A stretch of DNA of 64,000 bases from Geosiphon pyriformis uo1. Lineage: Eukaryota; Fungi; Glomeromycota. The first letter of the stretch is position 1. The number at the start of each line of letters is the position of its first letter. A program made the translations under genes and the position numbers. Under the pieces are notes generated by a model. The model was not told the DNA's origin and made no database searches. It saw nothing but the letters and a program-made list of their open reading frames with translations. The stretch covers positions 1 through 64,000 of the forward strand of contig JAAOMT010000471.1 in NCBI GenBank assembly GCA_016748015.1, read 5' to 3'. Positions 27,214 through 38,389 of the stretch are shown here, one piece after another.

Positions 27214-30200
27214 GTGGCAACCACACCAGACACAGCAACTCTAGAGTATTACCAGTCAATTTATACACACTGCAAGCAAAGATTCAACATTTCAGACGGA
27301 ATTGAAGTTGTCAAGAAATCAGTATACCAATACATTGAAAACTGCATTAACAATTATCTTTTTGGAAACTACAACATTTTAGAAGCTAGAAACAATCTCT
27401 ACAATAATTTAGTGCACTATTTACAATTGAGAACAGAAGACCTGAACAGTAAAACACTTGCTATTTACTTTCAAGAACTTAATTTTAACATTATCAAGTA
27501 CTGTGAAGAAACATATCCAGTGCAGTCTCAATACTCTATTGATTTCGAATCAGAGACAGAAACAAGCAATAAAGACAAACACAAATTGAAGCAATACTCA
27601 AAAACCACTTCAAATACTCTAATACTACCAAAAACAACTGCCAAACACTTACAAACACCTGAACAAGGAACCAGTTCGAAACTTCCACTTATTATCACAT
27701 CTTTTCCAGCTTCACTTGCACAAGCACAAACACCTAATTCACTCTTAAATTGATTTGCAAGACCAGAAGATTTTACATCACTCAGAAGTCCTATCAGACA
27801 GCAAGAATCCCTTCAAACTAGTTCTAATCTTCTTGATTTTCTAACTGAAAATCAAAGTGAACACTCTGAGATAGCAGTAAACAAAGAAAATGGCTCTGAA
27901 ACATCTGAAGAAGAATCAATAGACAGCGAAAACAAAGAAAACAAAATAACAGCCTATATTGCAAAAATTCCCAAATTTAATGGAGAAAATATTGAGACCA
28001 GTCCCCAAGAATAGCTCAACCAAGTTACTAAAGCTGGAAATGTAAATGAATGGAATGCTGCCAGAATGTTAAGAACAATTCCCTACTTTCTCAAAGGAAC
28101 AGCAGGCGAATGGTTTGAAAACTTGACCACCCCTTTTAATGACTGGACAGCTTTTAAAACTGCCTTCTTAGAACAATTCACCGATAACAACATCTCAATC
28201 ACACTTCGAAATTGTTTTCACAATATCAAACAAGAACCCTCCAAATCTGTTATGACTTATATTGGGAAATTCAACAAACTTCTCAGACAAATTTGCCAAC
28301 TCGAAACTAATGATTATTATTCCGATGCTTAAATCTTGGATCAATTTATCACTGGTCTAAAAGATAAACTAATTAAAAAGGTTCATCCACATGCCCCAGA
28401 AGATTTAAACTCTGCCATACAACATGCGAAAAGATATGAAATGGCTATAGAAGAGACCAATCACACAAAACTTGTAAATTTGACAATTGAAAAAACCAGC
28501 TCAGCAGCTGAGGAAAAAATTGACCAATTCACAAAGAAGATTGAAAACTATTTCACCAATCAACAACAACAGCAATCCCAAAGATATCAACCACCCCAAA
28601 GATGAAATCAAAATATCTTTGCACCACTTTCTAATAACCAGTCTCAGAATTGCCATTACTGTGGAATCTCTGGCCACTGGAAAAGAGATTGCAGAAAGCT
28701 ACAACAAGACCAACAAAATAGGAGTAATCAACGTTACCCTCCACCACAGCAATCTTATTATCAACCACCAACTTACTATCCACCAAGACCCCAATACCAA
28801 AGTAACTACTATTAGCCTGCCCCACAGCCAATCCCACAGCAATACCAATAGCCACCCTCACAACATTATCAAGTGCCTGCTCAAAGACTGATTCCACAAA
28901 ATCAATTCACACCCCAAAGCCAATACCAAGTAAACAACAATAGAACCAGTTCAAACAACCAATTGGTTCCCTGAAATTCCACTCAATCAAGACCCAACCA
29001 CTATTACACTCAACCCAGTTATTTAACAATGCCAGAAGAACAGAATTTTTGCCATACTGCACCCTCGGAAGATAGAGCTACAGCACAACAACAAAATCTT
29101 TCTCATAACCACACCACTATTCTACCAGCCAGAATTGCTGAAAATGCCAATCTCTCTAATATATTCCCTTTCGAATTTGAAGCAAATGAATCACCATTTT
29201 TGCTTAGCAGTGCAGCAGTTAACAAGCAAAAAACCATCACTGCAATGTACACAGAAGCTGAAGCAAAAGGAAAGCCAATTCACTTGATCCTAGACAGTGG
29301 ATCCGCTGAAAGCATCATCACCTACCAGTTGATACAACAGTTAAAGAGAAATGTTGACCGACCAGCTCAGACAGTAATTGTCACTGCTGATGGCATGAAA
29401 AAAACTCCAGTAGGAGAAATTGACAATTTTCTGTTCACTCTTGATGGAATCACCATTCCAGTCAAAGTTCTTGTAATAGATGCTCCCCAGTATCAAGCCC
29501 TTGTCAGAAACAATTGGCTCCAAAAAGCCAATGCAAAATTAGACTGGGAAACCCAAGAACTACAAATCTCTTACTAAGAACAATGCCCGAGTACTTGCCA
29601 CTTGTGGTACATTCAACAAATGCTCCGAAAAAGCCCCAGCTTTTGAATTCGAACCAGAAGAAGAAAAACAAACAATTGAAACATTCATGGCTCTTGGATC
29701 AATATCCAATTGGGCCGATGAAACTGAACAAGAACATTTTACGCCACACTCTGAACCCAAAACTCCTGGATAGAACATCCCTTACTCAAAGCCTGAACCA
29801 AGGAAACAACGCCCCTACATTTTCCTTAAATGTAAGAACTGCCACAAAAAACTATCATCAATGGGAGCCTGCATTTCACCTAAAGAAGAATATGAAAATC
29901 ATACTTGTTACTACTGTAAGGCTTGCCACAGAGAACGATGGGGCCATCTAATAAAAAGAAGTGGAAAATGAGACAACACCCCTTGTTTGACTTGTGGAGA
30001 TATGTTACCAGAAGAATGCAATTGGATTGATGTAGCAATGAGAGGAGGAGTCTGTGATCAAACCTGCCAATATGCTTTATCAATTTCAGAAAAAGTCAAA
30101 AGAGGAACACCCTTTGATGCAGCATACAACAGTGCTTTCAACAAACTGTACCATTATTTTCATGATGCCAAAATGATTTTCGACCTAGCAATGGCTTTAA

Positions 30201-32823
30201 TCAATGGAGCCACTCAAAAAAATGTTTGTCAAATGAAAGAATCAGAATACATTGCATATACCTTTGAAATCACTGGATACAACTACAAAGATGAAGTAGA
30301 AGTATATCACCAAATTGCCAGTTACACTTACTCGACCAAAGAAGCTCAAGCTCAATGGCTAGAGCAAATGAATGTTAAATTGTGTGAAGAATGCATAATG
30401 CCCTGCAATAAGCAATGGTGCCCTGAATGCTATGCTCTTAGCATTCTCCTGCCCAGTGAAAATGATGAAAACAAAATTGAATTTGGAGAACCTGAAGCAA
30501 CAGAAGAAATTGAAACAACACCCATCTATCTTATTAAAAATTAGCCTGCCTTACAACTCAAATACTTCAACAACAACAGACAAGGAATAAAATCTGAAAA
30601 AGCACATGAAATTGATGCTGGATATGACCTAAGATATCCAGACAAAAATACTCTTGTTCTCAAACCCAAATCTCTTACAAAAATCAACCTCAAAATTGCA
30701 CTCAAAATCCCACCAGGAGCAATGATTCAAATCACCTCCCGGTCCTCTCTGGCAAGCAAAAGAATCAATGTCAGAGGAGGAATAATTGATGCTGGATATA
30801 CTGGAGACATTACAGTAATGCTTCAAAATGAAACTGACAAATCATTTAAGATCAAACATGCTGAAAAAATTGCCCAAGCTATTTACCTCCCCTAATCAAC
30901 ATTTCGGGTTTGCAACTAGTCAATCAAAGAGAACAATTAGGAAAAAGTAAGAGAAGAACCCAAGGTTTTGGTTCAACTGGACAATTCACAGTTCCAGTTA
31001 ATATAGCTCTTAACACACCAAATGAATCCTACCAAATTCTCAGACTTCTATAATCAATTATCATCTCACCCTTTGGAGAACATCCAGAAATCTACACCTG
31101 CCCAAAGCCAACAACCACACAACAAATTTTTGAGTCCAATGAACAAGTCTGCTTAAAACATAATATTTCGATCCCAAACATTTATATTCTAGAAGAAACA
31201 AAAAAAGTCCGAGTTACTTTTTACAATCCCAAAAATTACTCCATAGTTCTATTAAATAACTTAGAAATTGGAGTCATTCACAGTAACATCTTTCAATAAG
31301 AACTACCCTAGACAGTTCCCAATTTCTCGGAAATCATTAGACATTCACTACCAAAAAACAACCCAAACCCTAGCTCTGAAAACTACCATGTTGTCATGAA
31401 AAAACTATCTCAAATCAACATGGAACAATTTGAACCACAACAACAGAGCCAGCTCAAAGAACTAATTGTAGAATTTGCCAATATTTTTGCCAAAAACAAC
31501 AATGACTTAGGAAGAATCAATTTGGTTCAACACCAAATTTATACAAGAGATGTCAAACCAAGAAGACAACAAGCATATTGAGTTGCTCCAAAAAGCCACC
31601 AATTCATCCGAGAAGAAGTACAATGAATGCTTAACAACAGGCTCATCCAACCCTCCATGAGTCCTTGGGCTTCACCTGTAGTGTTAGTTAAAAAGAAAAA
31701 TGGAAAGATATGATTTTGTGTTGACTATCGACAACTCAACAGTGTTACAATTGGAGATATCTACCCCCTTCCCCAAATTGATGACATGTTAGATGTCCTT
31801 GGAAAATCCAAATACTTTTCAACATTAAATTTAGAAAGTGAATACTGGCAAGTTGCTATGGATCTCAAGAATCACCCCAAAACAGCATTTACAACACAAG
31901 AAAGAAACTACAAATTCAATGTAATGCCCTTTGGATTATGCAATGTGCCAGCAACATTTCAAAGACTCATGAATATTGTATATGCTGGATTTCTTTGGAA
32001 ATCAGTAGTTGTCTACCTTGATGACACTGATGTTTATTTACCCTCTTTTGAATTCCATCTAATTCACCTGTAAGAAGTTTTTCAACAATTACATAAAGCA
32101 GGATTAAAATTAAACATCAAGAAATGCTATTTTGGGAAAACAAGTTTGACCTTTCTTGGTCACATTGTTAGTGAAGAAGGAGTTAAGCCAGATCCAGGAA
32201 AAATCAGTGCTGTTAAAAATTTCAAAACTCCTTGAAATACCACAGAACTAAAAAGATTCATCGGATTAGCCTCTTACTATCAGAAGTTTATCAAAAGATT
32301 CTCAGAAATCACAAAACCTTTTAACCAGCTTAACACCAAAAACATCGAATACAAATGGACTGCTGAATGCCAAAATGCATTTGAAGTCCTCAAAGAAAAA
32401 CTAACGACAGCTCCAATTCTTGCCTACCCAGATTTCAGTAACTGATTCTGATTAGCAACAGATGTCTCTTATACTGCCTTTGGTGCTATCCTATCACAAT
32501 TGGATGACAATGGAAATGAGCAAGTAATTGTCTATACTAGCAGAACATTAAAACTCACTGAAAAAAATTATCCTGCCACTAAATTGGAAACAGCAGCTGT
32601 AATTTGGGCCCTACATCATTTCAACCTTTACCTCCGGCCAAAGGAATTTGATATTATTACTAATAATATTGGACTCAAATGGCTTCAGAACAAAAATACT
32701 CAGCTGAACGCAAAACAAACCTGATGAACAGGATTTCTAGCAAACTATTGATACATAATACATTACAAACCAGGAAAACTCCACACCAATGTTGACTGTC
32801 TCTCCAGAATGAGACAAGATTAG
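27214..32823 (+). pseudogene. Gypsy-2 Gag-PR-Cys-rich-dUTPase-RT-RNaseH polyprotein
   Basis: Gag (YFLKGTAGEWF), CHYCGISGHWKRDC knuckle at 28651, protease ILDSGS at ~29290, dUTPase ~30545-30985, RT YLDD at ~32015, RNase H; two small frameshifts (~29583, ~30892); ends DCLSRMRQD-TAG. Confidence 0.95.
30545..30985 (+). pseudogene. dUTPase domain in the Gypsy-2 polyprotein
   Basis: All five trimeric dUTPase motifs: AGYDL, SRSSLA, GIIDAGYTG, KIAQAI, QGFGSTG. Confidence 0.93.
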
Positions 32824-32875
32824 AAAACACAAAAACCAACACTCAACTTAACCAACCAAAAACAGCCAATAAACA

Positions 32876-34261
32876 ATGAATTTGGAAAACTACAACAATC
32901 TCAAACAATATTTAAAGACATTAACAATCTCAACAGATTGGTCTCCAGATGAAAAACATCAACTACAACAACAAGCCAAACAATATTTTCTACACAACAA
33001 TATTATTTATTATCGAAATTTCAAAAACTCAGACAAACCACTCTGATTAATACAAGAACAGAAAAAAGAGACTATATTATACAACATGTACTCAGATCTT
33101 TCATCAGCACACTTCGGAAAAGACAGCACCACCCAAAAAACACTAGAATACTACTTTTGGCCTCGAATGAAAAAAGACATTTACAAATATGTCAAATCTT
33201 GTGATAGTTGTCAAAAAAGTAAAGAAACATGCCCTACTGAACCATTAAATCCAATCAAAGTTGGACAACCCTTTGACCGAGTTGGTATCAATTTAGTCAG
33301 ACCACTATCTATCACCACTCAAGGAAACCATTATATTGCAGTAGCTGTAGACTATCTTATTAAATGGCCCGAAGCCAGAGCCATTCAATGAGCAGATACA
33401 AAATTAGTAGCAAATTTCATTTACGAAGACATCATTTGTAGACATGGATGTCCAATTGAACTTTTATCCGATCAGAGGACACACTTTGTGAACAACCTGA
33501 TACAAAAAATTTGCAAACAATTCAATGTCAAAAGACCTCTGTCTTCACCTTACTATCCACAAACAAACGGATTTGTGGAACGTTTTAACAAAACATTGTG
33601 TGAGTCATTAGCCAAAGTCTCAACTGATTTTGAGCAAGAATGGGATATCTTTATTCCATCAGTATTACTAGCATACAGAACACTAAAACAAGATACCACA
33701 AAACACACACCATTTAATTTAACTTATAGAAGAACAGCAACATTACCAATTAGTTTCACAGTAAAAACATACCCAGCACAGCCAATTGATGAAAACAATT
33801 TCCAGAAAACACTTCAATGAAGAGCCTATACACTTCTCAGCATGTTGAAAGAAAAACAACGAATAGCAGCCACCCATATTGAACACTCTCAAACTCAACA
33901 AAAAGAATGGCATGACAACAAATTGCCTCCAGTTACCAACAATTTTAAAGTTGGAAACAAAGTTTTTCTACACAGAACTAAAGCTGAAAAACAATGGAGT
34001 AGAAAATTTGAAAATAAATAGGATAAACCATTCTTTATCTATAAAATACTAGGCAATGGATCATACAAATTAAGACTTGATGACAAAATCTTAGCAAAAG
34101 TTGCACATGGAAATCGTTTAAAACATTATCATTCCAGAAACAATCTTAAACCATTAATTCCACAAATTGGTACACATTCCCCTTTAGTCAATCCCGAAGA
34201 TATTCCCTGAAACTTAGAACCAATAGTTGTCATTGAACAACCTTCCAACTTGAACACTTAA
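32876..34261 (+). pseudogene. Gypsy-2 integrase, separate ORF with its own ATG
   Basis: ATG at 32876 in +1 frame relative to RNase H; H..H/CDSC finger, LLSDQ, NGFVERFNKTL, GPF-type module. Confidence 0.9.
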
Positions 34262-34456
34262 TTTAATTTTACTAGTTATTCTCTTATAATTTAAAAAAAA
34301 AAAAAAATAATTTCACAAAAACAAAACAAAACAAAACACTGAAAGACAAAAATAACATAAAAACTCACATACCAAAAATAATTTCAATCTATTTTTCTCA
34401 CTCAAATTTTTATAATAATTATCCCTCAAAATATTCAACAAATATCTCAAAAATTA

Positions 34457-35134
34457 ATGCTAGCTTTAAAAACAATACCCGAATTATCCATCACTATTAC
34501 AGAAAAACATATTAATTATACTCAAACAGAAATAGTTGCCAATTTAGCCCCAAATTCACGAAATTATCACCCTTACAAAAAGAACACAAGAAGTTACTCT
34601 GGAATTCATCTACCAAAACTCTTGAAACTTGCTTTCAGAGAAAATTTAATGTTTACTCTTATTAGTATTCCACCAAATGCTACTATTCAACAAAAACTTC
34701 AACTGTGTCTTAATGAAGAAAACCATGACTATACTCTAATATATAGATATTTCTACATTGGAAAAGCACTTCATGAACGAAAACAGGAGCTTACAGCAGC
34801 AAACCTCACAAAAGAAGCTATTTAAAAACAACTCTACAATGAATTCAAAACAACAACTGGACCTACAAACAGTCGCTATAAACTAAGAGCTGCTTTTAGA
34901 CTTTATGACCTATTCTATACCTGTAAAAACGTCCTACAAAACCCAATTTTACAACCTTTGAAGATTCAATATATTGGAAAACTCACAGAACTGAAATTTC
35001 AACAATTTTCAGACCAAATTTCTTCAATAATTTTGAATTATTATCTGGAAATTACAGACAGTACTTGGACTTCGACGGAGCTCAGTCTTGAGGAGGAGGT
35101 TATGTTACCAGACAAAATTAGAGATATTATTTAG
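34457..35134 (+). pseudogene. Gypsy-2 additional ORF3 (~225 aa, one internal TAA), running through the PPT into the 3' LTR
   Basis: Frame stays open after the TAA at 34823-34825 until TAG at 35132-35134; IYRYFYIGKAL...AAFRLYDLF...IQYIGKL. Confidence 0.8.
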
Positions 35135-36094
35135 CATGAAATTATCTTTATAATTCCTATCATTAATTAACCTATATTATTATTTCAAATTATCACTTAT
35201 TATATTAGCAATATGTCCGAAATTATCATTTAATTAATAACCCAATTTGTATATAACACAAATGTAATCTAATTGTGATGATCAATTATGCAATACCCCG
35301 AACTATGTAACATTTAAAAAGTTTGCCAAAATTTGTAGAAATTCGCTGAAATAATTGATAGTTCACCGAAATATCTAATAGTTTGCAGAAATAACTTGTA
35401 GTTTACTGAAATGTATCTTTAGTTTAGTGAAATTGTAGAAAAAGAGCAAAGTTCAAGTTCACAGAATAGTGTTACAACAAGTTGTATAAAAGAAAAGCTT
35501 CTCTCTTCGAAAAAATGTATCTTACTTTAGATTTATCACTTAGAACCATTCCTACACACACAAAAAAAAGAAATAAAATATCAAATAATTTGAAAAACCA
35601 ATTTCTTTAAATATTGCACTTGAAAAATCTCCAAAAACCCAACTAAGTTTTGAAATTGATTAGCTACCAATTTCAGTAAACTGTTAGTGACTCCAGGCCT
35701 GAATAGAAAACGTTTCCCTTGACAGAATTCTATTTTTTTTACATTTTTTTTATTTTTCTTTTCTTTTCTTTTATTATCATAATTATTAAGATAGCCTACA
35801 GACGAGAATTCCTGTAGAAGAGTTGACTTTCACAGCAAAGTAACTACACATTTTTAGTGAGCTTCCAGATGAGCAATTCCTGGGAAAGAGTTGATGTTTA
35901 ATACAACATAACTATATAAAAGCAACTAGCAAGGAATTGGTCATTCCACTCATAAGCCCAGCAGCTTAAATTATAAGAGATAATTTGAGGATAAATTCAG
36001 TTATTGGAGGTTCAAACACTTTCCATAATTGTGAATTAACAGCAGTACAACAAACATACAAGAGCTAAGAAGAGACCAAAAACTTCCGGTAACA
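35103..36094 (+). repeat. 3' LTR of Gypsy-2
   Basis: TGTTAC...GTAACA; direct repeat of 26177-27168. Confidence 0.96.
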
Positions 36095-37477
36095 ATAGGC
36101 TTAATAATTAACTGAACCAATATAAAAAGTTTAGACAAATTAGATTTCAAAGAAAACAACTAAAAAAACATCAAAAAGTCATCAATAATTACAAAAAAGA
36201 AGACAAAAGTTATTAGAAATAAAAATCTAGAAGAGCTTAAAAAAGCAAAAGCTTTGACATAAAACTTAGCACTTACAAAATGTAATATAAATACTTTAGA
36301 AATTTTAGCACTTTTGAAAGAAAAAGATAGAGACATCTTACAGTTTACAGTCAGATAATTTACTTTTTAATATCTAAAATAGCTTAACAATTAGAGATTT
36401 TTTACTAAATACAACACTTTTTTAGTATATCAGTTTTAATAATCACAACATCTAAATAAACTTGAGATTCAAATATAATCAATGCAAATTGAGAATAATA
36501 ACCAGAATTAAGAAAATAAAAAATAAAACATGTTTAACTATTAATTTGGGAAATTATATTACTGATTTTAAAAGCAATACAACCAAAGAAAAAATTAACC
36601 AATTTGGTCTTAAACTTATTACAAAACAGAATAATTTTATTTTGATTTATCAAAAAAAAAATCTTAATATTATTTTTATCCACTAAAACTAATCAATAAC
36701 TTAAAGCAAATACAGCAAAATCTAGTTTTTCAAAATAAACAATTATGTATTACCAAACACTAACAAATTTTAGTACAACATAGATAATCTTACCAAACAC
36801 ACTAAAAGCTGTCCTAATATTAGCAACAGATATATTTAAAGACATATTATCCAATACAATAGCAGCAAAAAAAGAACTAGTCTCAAAAATCACCAAAAAT
36901 TTGGCAATTTTAAGAGTAGTCAAATAAATAGAACTTGTAAACTTAACCAAAAAAACAGCTTTCAAAAACTTTTAAGAAGCAAACTTTACACAAAAAAGCT
37001 TTACATTGTTCTTTAACATTAATTTCACACCTAAAAAACCATATATCAATTAAAAAACAGTCTTAATATATAATAATTTAAACTTGAAAGTAGTATCAGA
37101 CACCAAAATAAAAATTATTTATTTTGTAAACTTTTGATAACTAGATTTGATTTCTCAAGTACTACCAGCAGCAGCACTAAAAACTAACAAAAAAAATAAA
37201 TCAGTTTCTATTTGATTAGTCCAGTTTCCAAAAACAAGTAATCTAATAGAAAATTGTTGTTTTGTTTTAAAAACCAATAATAATTTGCCAAAAAAAACCA
37301 TATTTGACAGTACAACCAGTGATTAATCTTGGCCCATTTTAAACAACATGCTAAATATTACAACAAAAATCTTATTTAAGATCTTATTAAAAACTACAAA
37401 GATAAACAGTTGCTTTTACTTTTTTGAAACTTTGGTTTTTTTGACTATTATTTTTAAAGAGATAATATTAAAGACAT

Positions 37478-38362
37478 TGTTACTCATAAAATGAAAAACA
37501 GATACAGGGAAAATAGTAGACCAATAAGTGAATAGTATGTAACACATAAGCACATTGCTCAGCAATGTAGAGCAATAATAGAAATCATGACACATTGCTC
37601 AGCAATGTAGAGCAATATCAGAAAACACAGCACATTGCTTAACAATATGGAGCAATGTTAAAAAAATAAAAGCACATCACTCAGCAATGTAAACATTGCT
37701 CAAAAAATCATAGCATATTGCTCGGGAAGATGAGTGATTTTATAGAACATTAATTATGTATATATAGCAGTGTTAGAAGTAGAAAGAGCAGAATTCTTTA
37801 GTTAGAAATTTTCCATTCACAAATATTAAATAAAATAAATTATTTACCATTCAAATTCATTCTCCACTATCAACACTTCATGTTAATAGTAATTGATACT
37901 TAACCATGCTGGAACAATAACTCTTGATCATGGCTATTGATGAGACACTAACTTGCATATTGTCTTGGCTCATTTCTTTATTTTTCTTTTATTTTTTTTT
38001 TTTCTTTGATTTTATTGTTGTATACTAACTGATTAAAGATTAAAGTACTAAGTAATTAACATCATGGATAGCCTGGTAAAAGACCCAAAAATAAGAGTAA
38101 AATTATATATATATTAATGGATAGCTTACCAGAAGGGCATAATTGTTAGAATAAACCGGCCACCAAGCTGAAAACAAAAATTGGGAACACAATTCACCAA
38201 CCAATTACATCATTATTAAATCTCTGTTCATTATACAAAGGACTCCACTCTAAAACCTTCAGATACAACCAATGTATTAGTATTATCAACATTGTCAAGA
38301 TATTGAGTACCAAGTTATGGATTTGTTATTTGATTTGAGACCCCAAATAATCATCTGTAACA
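37478..38362 (+). repeat. 5' LTR of Gypsy-3
   Basis: TGTTAC...GTAACA; ~41-bp tandem units containing ACATTGCTCAGCAATGT. Confidence 0.96.
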
Positions 38363-38364
38363 TT

Positions 38365-38380
38365 TGGTGCTCCCTGTGAG
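38365..38380 (+). promoter_or_regulatory. Primer-binding site of Gypsy-3
   Basis: TGGTGCTCCCTGTGAG 2 nt after the LTR end. Confidence 0.82.
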
Positions 38381-38389
38381 ATATAATTT

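Larger units (their letters stand above)
26177..36094 (+). mobile_element. Full-length Ty3/Gypsy retrotransposon 2 (dUTPase-bearing), inactivated
   Basis: Paired 992-bp LTRs, PBS, PPT GAGGAGGAGG, 4-bp TSD ACAG/ATAG; Gag-PR-dUTPase-RT-RH, INT, ORF3. Confidence 0.97.

Noticed and set aside
34457-35134. ORF3 as a retroviral Env
   Set aside because: Too short, with no signal peptide, furin site or transmembrane anchor visible
37545-37730. Regularly spaced palindromic repeats resembling a CRISPR array
   Set aside because: Spacers are also repeated, the array lies within both LTRs, the context is eukaryotic and there are no cas genes
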